This document shows, piece after piece, positions 9,530 to 19,571 of a stretch of DNA of 64,000 nucleotides; positions within the stretch are counted from its first letter, which is position 1; the number at the start of each line of letters is the position of its first letter. The DNA lies in assembly GCA_965243395.1 (NCBI GenBank), contig CBDEUS010000002.1, forward strand, positions 768,001 through 832,000. Reading direction: 5' to 3'. The stretch is from Gammaproteobacteria bacterium. Its GTDB lineage: Bacteria; Pseudomonadota; Gammaproteobacteria; UBA4575. The position numbers were made by a program, and so were the translations under genes. The notes under the pieces are model-generated. The model was not told the origin of the DNA and did no database searches. It was given only the letters and a program-made list of their open reading frames with translations.

Positions 9530-10570
9530 TTGCAGCATATTAAAGTCATGATTAGACGCATACCAGGTCCTGCCTTGCTGTGGTATTCCATAATTATTTT
9601 TGGAGCAGCAAGCTCAATCGTACACATAATTGCTGATCTAGGTAGTCAACATACCATTGATGGGCGTAATGTTATTTCCTTTTGTAATTTACTGTTTGCA
9701 GGCAATGCTTGTGCAGTCATTGTGTTGTTTATTGTGCATCGAAAGCAATGGACACGTGAAACATTAAGCAAGATTAAAAAATTTGAGTGGTTGTTCTTAT
9801 TTATTTTAGCTTTACTCGCAAATTGTCTTGCGCCGTGGTTATTTTTTGTAGCGATTGAAACTACTATGGTCACTAATGTTGTGTTAGTGAGCCAAATTGA
9901 ACCTCCATTACTACTTTTTTTAGCATGGCTTGTATTTAAAGATAGTATCAGCAAATGGTCATTTATTGGTTCAATTTTATGCTTGATAGGTGTGGCTTTA
10001 ATTGCTTTTTTACAACCACAATCAGAAGAATTATTAGTGGGTAAAGGTGAATTATCTGCAGCTTTAGCAGCAGTGACTTACGCGGTATCCACTGTGCTTG
10101 CAAAGTTGTACCTCAAGGATATACCTATTGGAATTTTCAGTGTATTTCGAAGCGCAGTAGGCACCGTCGCCTTTTTTATCATCGCTGCCTATTTATATGG
10201 TTTAGAGCACTTTATAGATATTGGTTCTCCATTTCTTTGGAAATGGATGTTGCTATATGGCGGTCTAATCATTGTAACCGGACAGCTTGCCTGGGACTCA
10301 GGGGTTCGCAAATCAACATCCACAGATGTTTCGCTTGCGACTTCTTTTGCTCCAGTGGCAGGTGTTTTGGCTGCATTTTTAATACTGGGTGAGCAACCTA
10401 CACAAGCTCATTACATTGGTGGTGGAGTGTTGTTGTTAGGTATTGCAATTTGCTTATTTGCAACCTTGCACAAATTACGTGAAGAAAAGCTACATGAAAC
10501 AACTATGGAAGAAAACGAGGCTGTACCCGGTTTAGAGGCAGAATGTAGAACAGGGTTTAAGGGTGTTTGA
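9530..10570 (+). CDS. DMT/EamA family transporter
   Basis: Two EamA repeats, about 10 TM. Confidence 0.85.
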   Translation: MQHIKVMIRRIPGPALLWYSIIIFGAASSIVHIIADLGSQHTIDGRNVISFCNLLFAGNACAVIVLFIVHRKQWTRETLSKIKKFEWLFLFILALLANCLAPWLFFVAIETTMVTNVVLVSQIEPPLLLFLAWLVFKDSISKWSFIGSILCLIGVALIAFLQPQSEELLVGKGELSAALAAVTYAVSTVLAKLYLKDIPIGIFSVFRSAVGTVAFFIIAAYLYGLEHFIDIGSPFLWKWMLLYGGLIIVTGQLAWDSGVRKSTSTDVSLATSFAPVAGVLAAFLILGEQPTQAHYIGGGVLLLGIAICLFATLHKLREEKLHETTMEENEAVPGLEAECRTGFKGV

Positions 10571-10616
10571 TTGGTAGGGACAGAGAAATGAGTAAAAATT
10601 TATTTAGGAGGATGCT

Positions 10617-11090
10617 ATGTTTTCACATTTATTGAAAATTACTTTAACAGGGGAACGTAGTTGGGAGTGGTTACCCATTTTAGTGGCAAGATTTTCACTG
10701 GGTTTATTTTTTGCTGTATCAGGTTACAACAAACTGTTCGTGCCAGAAAAACATGCAGATTTAATTTCACTTATGGCCGATATCGGAATGCCGTTTCCGG
10801 AATTTACCGCACTGTTTTTAGCAATCGTAGAATTCTATGGTGGTTTAATGCTCATGGTGGGCTTTTTGTCCTCAATTGTTTGTGTTGCGCTCAGTATTGC
10901 CATGGTAGTAGCGATAGCAACAGTTGAAATTGAACATGTCATACCAAAAGGCATTGGCCCGCTCGACTGGATGAGCTGGTTTCTCTATCTTCCGCAGGTT
11001 ATGTACATCATTCTATTTGTTTGGCTCATAACAACTGGCCCGGGAAAACTAAGCGTGGATCATTGGCTAGCCAATAAATTGAGATTATAA
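10617..11090 (+). CDS. DoxX family membrane protein
   Basis: R..LG.FF..SG..KL and GPGKLSVD motifs; RBS AGGAGG. Confidence 0.9.
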   Translation: MFSHLLKITLTGERSWEWLPILVARFSLGLFFAVSGYNKLFVPEKHADLISLMADIGMPFPEFTALFLAIVEFYGGLMLMVGFLSSIVCVALSIAMVVAIATVEIEHVIPKGIGPLDWMSWFLYLPQVMYIILFVWLITTGPGKLSVDHWLANKLRL

Positions 11091-11200
11091 ATTTGAAGCA
11101 GGTATGGTGAACAATAACTTAGATTAAAATTTTATATTTATATATATATGATAAGTTGATTTATTATAATTTGTGGTTAGTTTTATAAATTCTCCATAGT

Positions 11201-13117
11201 GTGCATTTGTATAAGTTAACCTATTCATTCAGTGTTTTGTTTTGTGCAGTTTGTAGTTATTCTGCTGCTACCGAAGCAGCGAATAGCTCAAGCGCTACTT
11301 CTGAATTTGTAGAAATCCAATCTTATCGGCTATCTCCTAGCCTTAAACATACGCCTGCAAATGTCACTGTAATTAACCGTAATGATATTGAAACACTTGC
11401 AGCACAAAATGTAGTTGAACTATTAACCAGCTATGGTTTTCATGTTGAACAAGCGGCTGGTTCTGGCAGCCTAAGTTCTATTTATTTACGTGGAGCCGAC
11501 CCAAATTTTACTTTGGTACTGATTAATGGGGTAAAGGTCAATGATCCCACAAATAGTCGGGGCGGCTCATTTGATTTTTCCAGCCTTAGTCTAGACACCA
11601 TTGAACAGATTGAAATTGTTCGCGGGCCTTTGTCTTCTACGTATGGTTCCGATGCCTTATCTGGCGTTATAAATATCATAACTAAACAAGCACAAAAAGA
11701 ATTAGAAGCCAGTGTGAATTTGGTGAAAGGAGAAAACGGCATGCAAGCGCTTTCATCAACTTATGAAATTCAGTCAGATCAATTTCAGTTTAGTATTACT
11801 GGCGCATATAACGACTCAGGGGAACAAGTAGAAGGCACCGAGCTTGAAAGTAGTAGTGCAGATTTAAAAGGAACGTGGATAATTAGTAATGCTACACAGT
11901 TAAATTTTCACACACGCTATTATGATAGTGATAGCAAAGCTTTTCCTGATGATAGCGGTGGTTCAACTTTTGCAGTACTACCGGATGTGGATGAACGTGA
12001 TGTTTTTGAAACCCTAGCAAATTTGGAGTTGTTACATACTCTAAATAAAAAAGTAACCTTGTCATTAAAAAGCTCGGTTTTTCATCATGAAGAAGACACA
12101 GATTCGCCAGGGGTAGCGCCTGGTATTCGAGATCCTCTAGGAATACCTATAAACAGTAGCGATAGTGAATTCACGCGCTATGCACTTACTGCAAGCAGCA
12201 TTATTACACCTAATAAAAACATAAGCAGTGCGGTAGGTATGGATATTGAAATTGAAGAGGGAAATACAAAAGGCTTTTTAGATTTTGGATTTGGGCAAGT
12301 GCCCACTAATTTTGATTTAGACAGAACAACTTACTCTGCATTTTCAGAGATTGAAGCGTTTATAGGGCCATTCACAATGCTGACCGGGTTGCGTTTTGAT
12401 TCTCCGGAGGACTTTAGTGGTCGCCTAAGTCCAAATTTTGGTGCAAACTATCATTTGCCGAATTTAACATCTAACTTGCGGTTTAATTGGGGTAAGGGAT
12501 TTAAACTGCCGAGCTTTTTTGCCTTAGGTAATCCTATAGTTGGGAATGAAAATATTAAACCAGAAACGAGTGAAATATTTGAAGTAGGATTCGATACAAG
12601 CTTATTTAAAAACAAAGGGCAGGTAAATATAACCTTCTTTACTCAAGAATTTAACAATATAGTCGATTTTGATGCAGGTCCGCCTCCTAGTTTAGTAAAT
12701 AGAAGTAAAGTGCATACCAAAGGTATGGAGTTTGGCTTGGGCTTAATACCAATTAAAAATGTTACAAGCCAGCTATTTGTAAACTACGTAGATACCAATA
12801 TTAAAGGTGATGATGGAAATTTATTAAACCGTCCTGAATGGCGTGGGAGTGTATCTGTAAACTGGCAAGCTAAACATAATTTGCAATTTAGTTTTAATAC
12901 TATCTATGTTGATGAAGTAGAAGACAGTTCTATTCCTACAGGAATAGTAACTTTGGATGATTACATACGTGCAAATGTTTCTGCAGCGTGGCAGGCTATA
13001 CCTAATTTAAATTTAATTTTTGCAGTTGATAATCTGCTTGATGAAGAATATGAAGAAACCATAGGCAATGAAGAAGCAGGAATAAGCGCAAGATTCCAGC
13101 TTCGTGGGAAATTTTAA
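11201..13117 (+). CDS. TonB-dependent receptor
   Basis: Plug domain (IEIVRGP.S..YGSDALSGVINIIT), NLLD motif and C-terminal Phe. Confidence 0.92.
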   Translation: MHLYKLTYSFSVLFCAVCSYSAATEAANSSSATSEFVEIQSYRLSPSLKHTPANVTVINRNDIETLAAQNVVELLTSYGFHVEQAAGSGSLSSIYLRGADPNFTLVLINGVKVNDPTNSRGGSFDFSSLSLDTIEQIEIVRGPLSSTYGSDALSGVINIITKQAQKELEASVNLVKGENGMQALSSTYEIQSDQFQFSITGAYNDSGEQVEGTELESSSADLKGTWIISNATQLNFHTRYYDSDSKAFPDDSGGSTFAVLPDVDERDVFETLANLELLHTLNKKVTLSLKSSVFHHEEDTDSPGVAPGIRDPLGIPINSSDSEFTRYALTASSIITPNKNISSAVGMDIEIEEGNTKGFLDFGFGQVPTNFDLDRTTYSAFSEIEAFIGPFTMLTGLRFDSPEDFSGRLSPNFGANYHLPNLTSNLRFNWGKGFKLPSFFALGNPIVGNENIKPETSEIFEVGFDTSLFKNKGQVNITFFTQEFNNIVDFDAGPPPSLVNRSKVHTKGMEFGLGLIPIKNVTSQLFVNYVDTNIKGDDGNLLNRPEWRGSVSVNWQAKHNLQFSFNTIYVDEVEDSSIPTGIVTLDDYIRANVSAAWQAIPNLNLIFAVDNLLDEEYEETIGNEEAGISARFQLRGKF

Positions 13118-13134
13118 TATACTTTAAATGATGC

Positions 13135-13740
13135 TTAGATTTCAGCCTCAATACCTGGCATTGGAATAAAATTCGGTAATTGTTTAATTCTATTTATCCA
13201 AGTTTGTATATTGGGATACGGGTCTAAAGAAATTTTGCCTTCACCCGCCAGCGCAATGTATGGGAAGCAAGCAATGTCGGCAATTGTTACATGGTTTAGC
13301 GCCAGCCACTCATGATTTTTTAGGTGATTTTCAATAATAGTGAGAATAATTTTGCTTTTCTCATGCGCCTTATCAATATCAATATCAAGCTTAAGTTTGA
13401 AATGAGCGCGTGCATCCATAGGGCCGCGTGCTATTTCATTACAAGCAGTAGATAACCATTGCATTACTTGTGCCATTTCATTGGGTTTGCTAGGTAACCA
13501 ATCATCACTGCCATATTTTCTAGCCAAATAGACTAAAATAGCTTGCGAGTCTCGTAATACAAGATCGCCATCTTCGAGAGTGGGGATTTCACCTAGTGGA
13601 TTTTTCTTAAGATAGTCAGGCGCTTTTTGTTCACGTTTTTTAATGTCGATTGGGATAATTTCGTAGTTAATTTCTAACATAGACAAAAGTAAACGCACTT
13701 TGTAGCAATTACCCGAAAATTCCACGTTGTATAGCTTCAT
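13135..13740 (-). CDS. Glutathione S-transferase
   Basis: SGNCYKVRL, NPLGEIP, DSQAILVYLA and TIADIA motifs. Confidence 0.93.
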   Translation of the reverse strand: MKLYNVEFSGNCYKVRLLLSMLEINYEIIPIDIKKREQKAPDYLKKNPLGEIPTLEDGDLVLRDSQAILVYLARKYGSDDWLPSKPNEMAQVMQWLSTACNEIARGPMDARAHFKLKLDIDIDKAHEKSKIILTIIENHLKNHEWLALNHVTIADIACFPYIALAGEGKISLDPYPNIQTWINRIKQLPNFIPMPGIEAEI

Positions 13741-13946
13741 ACTAGTATGTCTTCAAATATTCTCTCAGCAATCTGAGCTTGCATTGTAACGCTAACGATA
13801 CCAATCGAGATATCAATTATTGGAAGCAATTTTTACATAGATATTCTTGATTATATTTATAGTAATTTACTATTTGTATTCACGGCACCATAAGTAGCAT
13901 TATGGATACTGGATTCTTTGATAATAATTACAAATAGAGGTATCCC

Positions 13947-14801
13947 ATGGCCAGCCAACTACTTTACTCACCTGAAGAAGTCAAAAATTTAATGTCGCAA
14001 GGTAATACCGTTGTTATCGATATACGTGACGAAGAAGATTACAAAGAAAATCATATTCCTGGGTCTGTTAGTGTTCCTGATGTTTTTTATTATCTCGCGA
14101 TGACAACCGATGAGGGATTAAAAGAGCTGCATGAAAAATTTCAAGCCTTGTTTTCTGCAGCAGGCGTAACGATGGATACAAAGGTTATTATTTATGAAGA
14201 TGCATTTGACAGCCGATATGGAGGTTCTTGTCGTGGTTATTGGTTGCTAACCTATCTCGGCCATCCTGATACAGGAATATTAGATGGTGGCTTCTCGGCG
14301 TGGGAAGAAGCAGGTTATGCAGTCGATAATGAAATTCCAAATCCTGAACCTACCGACTTTAAGGTGAATCCCCGCCAGGATATTCTTGCGACTAAAGATG
14401 TCATGTTGGCAGCTTTGAAAGACACAAATATAAAAATTCTTGATAATCGTGACAAAGTAGAATGGTTAGGAAAAAGTTCTTCACCTTACGGAGTTGATTT
14501 TGCACCGCGTAAAGGACGTCTACCCGGTGTGCGTTGGATAGAATGGTATAACTTTATGGAGCGTGATGGTCAGATTCCTTATTTCAAGTCTCCTGAAAAA
14601 ATACGTGCAATGTGCGCTGAATATGGATTGTATCCAGACGATGACATCATTTTGTACTGTTTCAAAGGTGCACGCGTATCCAACACCTTTGTTGCACTGC
14701 AACTCGCCGGATTTAAACATCTACGCAACTATTTTGGTTCGTGGAATGAATGGTCGCGAGATGAGAATATGCCTATTAATGCAGAAGTGTATTCAGACTA
14801 A
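13947..14801 (+). CDS. Tandem-domain rhodanese/sulfurtransferase
   Basis: HIPGS, LDGG..AW, active-site loop YCFKGAR, YFGSWNEWS. Confidence 0.93.
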   Translation: MASQLLYSPEEVKNLMSQGNTVVIDIRDEEDYKENHIPGSVSVPDVFYYLAMTTDEGLKELHEKFQALFSAAGVTMDTKVIIYEDAFDSRYGGSCRGYWLLTYLGHPDTGILDGGFSAWEEAGYAVDNEIPNPEPTDFKVNPRQDILATKDVMLAALKDTNIKILDNRDKVEWLGKSSSPYGVDFAPRKGRLPGVRWIEWYNFMERDGQIPYFKSPEKIRAMCAEYGLYPDDDIILYCFKGARVSNTFVALQLAGFKHLRNYFGSWNEWSRDENMPINAEVYSD

Positions 14802-14862
14802 ATGTTTTTAATTAGCGTTTAAAAATGTAATCAAATTCTGACCAAATTATGGTTATAGAATA

Positions 14863-16239
14863 ATGAAAAAATACGACGCCATCATTATCGGTGCAGGTCA
14901 GGCGGGTCCCTCGCTCGCTGCAAAATGTGTTTCTGAAAATCTCAAAACTGCCATCATTGAACGCCATCTATTTGGTGGCACTTGTGTCAACACAGGCTGT
15001 ATCCCTACCAAAACATTAGTTGCGAGTGCACGCGCTGCACACATGGCACGTCGTGGTGAGGAATTTGGTGTGGATATCTCGGGTGATATTAAAATGGATA
15101 TGAAAAAAGTCAAAGCCCGAAAAGATGCAGTTGTACAACAATCCAACCAGGGGGTAACGGGTTGGATGAAAAATATGGAAGGCTTAGATGTTTATGAAGG
15201 CCATGGTCAGTTTGAAAGTGAAAATGTTGTCAGTGTAAATAGCGAACAGCTACAAGCCGATAAAATTTTTATCAATGTAGGCGCACGTGCGCGTGTACCA
15301 GATATGCCAGGTTTAGATGAAATTGAATATTTTACTAACTCCAACATTATGGAAGTTGATTTTTTGCCGGAGCATCTCGTTATTATCGGTGGAAGTTATA
15401 TTGGTTTAGAGTTTGCGCAAATGTATCGACGCTTTGGCAGTGAAGTTACGGTAATCGAAATGTCAGATCGACTTATTCCAAGAGAAGATCAAGATGTATC
15501 TGAAACTGTACATGAAATTTTAGAAAATGAAGGTGTAAACATTCGACTCAGTGCAGAGTGTATTAGTTTTGCAAAAAAAGATTCACAAATTGTCGTAACC
15601 GACAGCTGTAATAATGAAAGACAAGATACTCTTGGGTCACATGTGTTGTTGGCAGTGGGGCGGCAGTCCAACACACATGATTTAGGTTTAGATAAAGCAG
15701 GTGTAAAAACCAATGACTTTGGCATTATCAAAGTAGATGATGAGCTTAAAACCAACGTACCAGGTATTTGGGCAATTGGAGAGTGCAATGGTAAAGGCGC
15801 ATTTACACATACCTCTTATAATGATTATGAAATCGTTGCCGATAATCTTTTTGGTACAAAAACGCGTCGTGTGAGTGATCGCATTATGTGTTATGGGCTA
15901 TTCATCGACCCACCTTTAGGTCGTGTAGGCCTGACAGAACAACAAGTGCGTGACTCTGGTAAAAAAGCTTTGATAGGGAAGATGATGATGTCACGCATTG
16001 GACGAGCCAAAGAGCGCGGTGAGACCCAAGGCTTTATGAAAGTGCTCATCGATGCAGAAACCGATGAAATATTAGGCGCAAATATTTTAGGAATCGGTGG
16101 TGATGAAATTATTCATTTATTCATCGACACCATGTATGCCAAAAAGCCATACCATGTCATCAAAAATGCTGTGCACGTACACCCCACGGTTGCTGAATTG
16201 ATTCCAACTATGTTGCAAGATTTACAATCCTTAAGTTAA
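14863..16239 (+). CDS. Class-I pyridine nucleotide-disulfide oxidoreductase (MerA/RclA/Lpd-like)
   Basis: GGTCVNTGCIPTK and HPT.AE motifs; lacks the MerA C-terminal CC. Confidence 0.9.
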   Translation: MKKYDAIIIGAGQAGPSLAAKCVSENLKTAIIERHLFGGTCVNTGCIPTKTLVASARAAHMARRGEEFGVDISGDIKMDMKKVKARKDAVVQQSNQGVTGWMKNMEGLDVYEGHGQFESENVVSVNSEQLQADKIFINVGARARVPDMPGLDEIEYFTNSNIMEVDFLPEHLVIIGGSYIGLEFAQMYRRFGSEVTVIEMSDRLIPREDQDVSETVHEILENEGVNIRLSAECISFAKKDSQIVVTDSCNNERQDTLGSHVLLAVGRQSNTHDLGLDKAGVKTNDFGIIKVDDELKTNVPGIWAIGECNGKGAFTHTSYNDYEIVADNLFGTKTRRVSDRIMCYGLFIDPPLGRVGLTEQQVRDSGKKALIGKMMMSRIGRAKERGETQGFMKVLIDAETDEILGANILGIGGDEIIHLFIDTMYAKKPYHVIKNAVHVHPTVAELIPTMLQDLQSLS

Positions 16240-16284
16240 TAATTTTCAACTCTATTATCCCTTTATCTGTAATTTAAAATTAAT

Positions 16285-16848
16285 GTGCAAACTTTATTAG
16301 ATAAATTTGAACAATTATTAAATTCTATTGAACAGATAAAGGATGAATTGTGTCCTCCTGCTACAGATGAAGAAATTAATGCTGTAGAAATTGAGTTGGG
16401 TATAAAATTTCCAGAAGATCTGCAGACATTGTATAAATGGCACAATGGACAGGTTGGCATACACTTTGTTTTTAACGAATTTAGAATGTATGCATTGAAA
16501 GATGTTGTTCAATTTTACAAAAATGGCCTTGAACATGATGAGCCTGATTATTATGAAACTGAAGATGAATCAGGTGTGTTTAAAGATTGTATAGCTAATA
16601 CAAAGTGGATACCCATAGGGGATAATGGCGGCAATACAATCCTGTTTTTAGACTTGGACCCTGGTGTTCAAGGAGTAAAGGGTCAACTGCTAGAGTCATG
16701 TGATGGTGAACCAGAATGTAATTATAGTGGAGTAAAAATATTCATTGAAGATGTTGTAAGAAAAATCGAGGCAGGAGAAATAATTTGGAATGAAAATGCT
16801 GGAAGTTTTTGGCCTGCCGATCATGAACCCTATCCTTGGGAACAATAG
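16285..16848 (+). CDS. SMI1/KNR4 (SUKH) family protein
   Basis: PPAT.EEI..VE.ELG..FPEDL..LY.WHNGQ and LDLDPG..G..GQ motifs. Confidence 0.85.
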   Translation: MQTLLDKFEQLLNSIEQIKDELCPPATDEEINAVEIELGIKFPEDLQTLYKWHNGQVGIHFVFNEFRMYALKDVVQFYKNGLEHDEPDYYETEDESGVFKDCIANTKWIPIGDNGGNTILFLDLDPGVQGVKGQLLESCDGEPECNYSGVKIFIEDVVRKIEAGEIIWNENAGSFWPADHEPYPWEQ

Positions 16849-16880
16849 AGCATTCAATATATATATAAATATCCGTACTT

Positions 16881-17591
16881 TTAGCTCTTTCCATATACTG
16901 GCACTGCTGCTCCCGTTACTCCTTTAGCTTGTTCAGAGCATAGGTGCAATATTTCATTAGCTAAATCGGTGGTGGGTACCCAGTTACTGAAGTTTGCATC
17001 GGGCATGTCGGCTCGATTCGTTGGGGTGTCAATTGTTCCCGGAAGAATGCAGTTCACATTGATGTTATTCATTTTATGTTCTGCCGCTAAACTTTGAGTA
17101 AGAGTGATGACAGCAGCTTTGCTCACACAGTAAGGTGCCATTTTCGCTTTACCTTCGACGGCGGCACGTGCAGCGACATTTACAATTTTGCCCTTTTGTT
17201 TTTCTAACATGTGCGGGATGACAGCACGGCACATGAGAAACACACTTTTTGCATTTAGATTTAGCATGAACTCCCAATCCGCTACAGAGGTTTCGTGCAC
17301 CATAGGGCCCATTTTGAATCCTCCGGCCACATTAGCAAGGCAGTCGATCTGATTAAAACGATCTACAATTTTTGCGACTGAATCAGTCACGGAATTCACA
17401 TCTGTTAAATCGGTTTCAAACATCCCAACATTCTTGGCATGTTTCCAACGAGGATGGGTCATCTTGGAAAAATCAATATCTACCAGCGCAATGTTTGCCT
17501 CTGCACGAAAGAAAAGTTCAGCAGTGGTAGAACCGAGTGCACCTGCAGCACCTGTGATGATTACGGTTTGATTATTGAAATTGAAGTTCAT
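16881..17591 (-). CDS. Short-chain dehydrogenase/reductase
   Basis: TGAAGALG, YCVSK and PGTIDT motifs. Confidence 0.92.
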   Translation of the reverse strand: MNFNFNNQTVIITGAAGALGSTTAELFFRAEANIALVDIDFSKMTHPRWKHAKNVGMFETDLTDVNSVTDSVAKIVDRFNQIDCLANVAGGFKMGPMVHETSVADWEFMLNLNAKSVFLMCRAVIPHMLEKQKGKIVNVAARAAVEGKAKMAPYCVSKAAVITLTQSLAAEHKMNNINVNCILPGTIDTPTNRADMPDANFSNWVPTTDLANEILHLCSEQAKGVTGAAVPVYGKS

Positions 17592-17645
17592 ATTAGCCCC
17601 AGGAAATATATTACCTGATATTCCAGGACATATAACTTTAAAGCA

Positions 17646-18134
17646 CTATTCGTTTAGCAAATTGATAATTTTTTGTTCAAGTTCACTATAGTCAGCATCA
17701 CCTTCTATATATTCACCACCTGGATGAATATGTTGAATCAATCCGCTTTTATCAATTAAAAACGAAACACTGGTCCAGTCCCTTTTTTTGAATAACCACC
17801 ACTTATTCAACGTGTCCCAGTTTGTATCGATACCAATGGGAAATTTAAAACCAAAACTGTCAGCACAGGTTTTGACATTTTCAGTAGCTAGAGGTGTATC
17901 TTTTTTATGATGATACATGCCTATGACTTGTAAACCCTGTGCAGAATATTTCTCATGCCAGGCATTGAGGGCAATAGAGGAATTTTTGCAATAAGGGCAA
18001 TCAGGTCCTGTCCACCAACGGATAAGCACGACTTTACCGCTTAAATATTCAAGCGAAATTGAGCTTGCATTAAGCCATTCTGATGCTTTTAAGGCAGGCG
18101 GACGAGTAGCAATTAATGATTCACCGGTAGTCAC
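17646..18134 (-). CDS. TlpA/redoxin family thiol-disulfide oxidoreductase (true N-terminus uncertain)
   Basis: GKVVLIRWWT..CPYC and LIDKSG.I motifs. Confidence 0.85.
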   Translation of the reverse strand: MTTGESLIATRPPALKASEWLNASSISLEYLSGKVVLIRWWTGPDCPYCKNSSIALNAWHEKYSAQGLQVIGMYHHKKDTPLATENVKTCADSFGFKFPIGIDTNWDTLNKWWLFKKRDWTSVSFLIDKSGLIQHIHPGGEYIEGDADYSELEQKIINLLNE

Positions 18135-18202
18135 AAGCAGAGCACATACTATTGTTATATAAAGACAAACATTTTTGCCTTTGGATGGATTAGATCCAAG
18201 TT

Positions 18203-19540
18203 TTATTTATTGATATCTAAAGTATCCGGAAAATAGCCACTCCAGGCAAACCAATAGGCAATGTGACCGGGTAGGCGGGAGAGTTTTTGGTCGTCAGGTC
18301 CTATAAGTTCGTTCTCGGTAAGTTTCCAGATTTGCTTGTCTGCTGCTAATTCTCCATTTTCTGAAAGCTTGAATTGGATACCTTCAGAACGGTAGGCACG
18401 AACCGTTTCACTTTTTGCATCGCCAATTAACACGATTGGAATGATGCCTACTTGATCATTGATTACATTTTTTTCTTTGAATAATGAAAGTGGCCAGGCT
18501 TTATTTGTACCACTGATGCGTAGTCCAAACACTTTTTCCTTCTTTTCTAGTGTTTCATCTTGCACGCTGGCCGGGAACATGAGCTCTTCACTGAAGAAAT
18601 AAGCACCATAGGACGCACCCGGTGTGTAGTCACGGTGAAAACCCGTATCTTCTGCTAATACTTTAGTGTCCGGATGTTGTTTTAGCCATTCACCCCAGGT
18701 GGTTGTCACGAGTGGCAGTACTTCAAGTTCAATTCCGCTATTAGTTAGTTCTCCAACGACAGGTTGGCCATTGAATTGATTCCACAAAGAATGGGTTTTT
18801 TGGTCATACATTAATTTATTGGAGCGATATAGAAACCCTGACGAACCGAAAATAAGGGGGTCATTATTTGAGTCAATTTTAGTTTTATACAAAATTCCTG
18901 AACCACAGAGTGTGCAGTAGGCTAATGAAACGGCTACTCCACCAATTTCATCATTCAGCATTTCGTGCCAGTCCATAAACCGGTAAGGATAAGCACGTGT
19001 GTCACCATTTATAGAGATGCCAAATACCAGCTCCTTGTCCGTGATGTAATCAGCTTCACTTGCCGGTGTTAATTTGGGGTTTGTTAACGCAGGAATACCG
19101 TCTTTACGTACTCCGCCCCATAAAATTTCTTCGAGACGTATTTGGCGCTCAATATCGGGATAGAAAAAAATATCGAAGTTTTTGTCTATTCGTTTAAAAA
19201 CTTTTTCTAGGTATATCTCATTATTTGCGAATGATTCGGTTTGGTTTTCTTGCCACCATACTATCCAGTCAAACCAGTTTTTGCCGAAATTTTCCCCGGT
19301 AAGTTCTTCTAAAACATATAATGTTTGTGAAGAATCTTCAGGGAAATAACGCAAGCTGCGGATAAGGGGTGGAACGATATCCGTTTTACCTCTTTCTAAC
19401 ATCCATTCTCTTGCGGCCATTCGCATGTGAGTGGCACCGAATAAGTCCAGTGCGTATTCATGTACTTCTTTTTCTTTCGCAGATATGCAATGACTGCAAC
19501 TAACGAAGAGGAGTATTAAGAAGAAAGTTAGTCGCAGCAT
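18203..19540 (-). CDS. DUF3179 domain exported protein
   Basis: GG..KDGIPAL, WHE..ND, YCTLCGSG, SG.LYRSNKLMYD and YWFAW motifs. Confidence 0.88.
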   Translation of the reverse strand: MLRLTFFLILLFVSCSHCISAKEKEVHEYALDLFGATHMRMAAREWMLERGKTDIVPPLIRSLRYFPEDSSQTLYVLEELTGENFGKNWFDWIVWWQENQTESFANNEIYLEKVFKRIDKNFDIFFYPDIERQIRLEEILWGGVRKDGIPALTNPKLTPASEADYITDKELVFGISINGDTRAYPYRFMDWHEMLNDEIGGVAVSLAYCTLCGSGILYKTKIDSNNDPLIFGSSGFLYRSNKLMYDQKTHSLWNQFNGQPVVGELTNSGIELEVLPLVTTTWGEWLKQHPDTKVLAEDTGFHRDYTPGASYGAYFFSEELMFPASVQDETLEKKEKVFGLRISGTNKAWPLSLFKEKNVINDQVGIIPIVLIGDAKSETVRAYRSEGIQFKLSENGELAADKQIWKLTENELIGPDDQKLSRLPGHIAYWFAWSGYFPDTLDINK

Positions 19541-19571
19541 TGTATATCAGTTTATTTATTCGCTTGAGAAC

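Noticed and set aside
11091-11200. Cobalamin riboswitch or Fur box before the TonB receptor
   Set aside because: Only about 110 bp of AT-rich sequence, with no B12-box or convincing Fur consensus.
14863-16239. Mercuric reductase merA
   Set aside because: No C-terminal Cys-Cys, no NmerA domain and no other mer genes.
18203-19540. Selenoprotein (DUF3179 often has Sec)
   Set aside because: The motif is Cys-encoded (YCTLC) and the ORF has no in-frame TGA.
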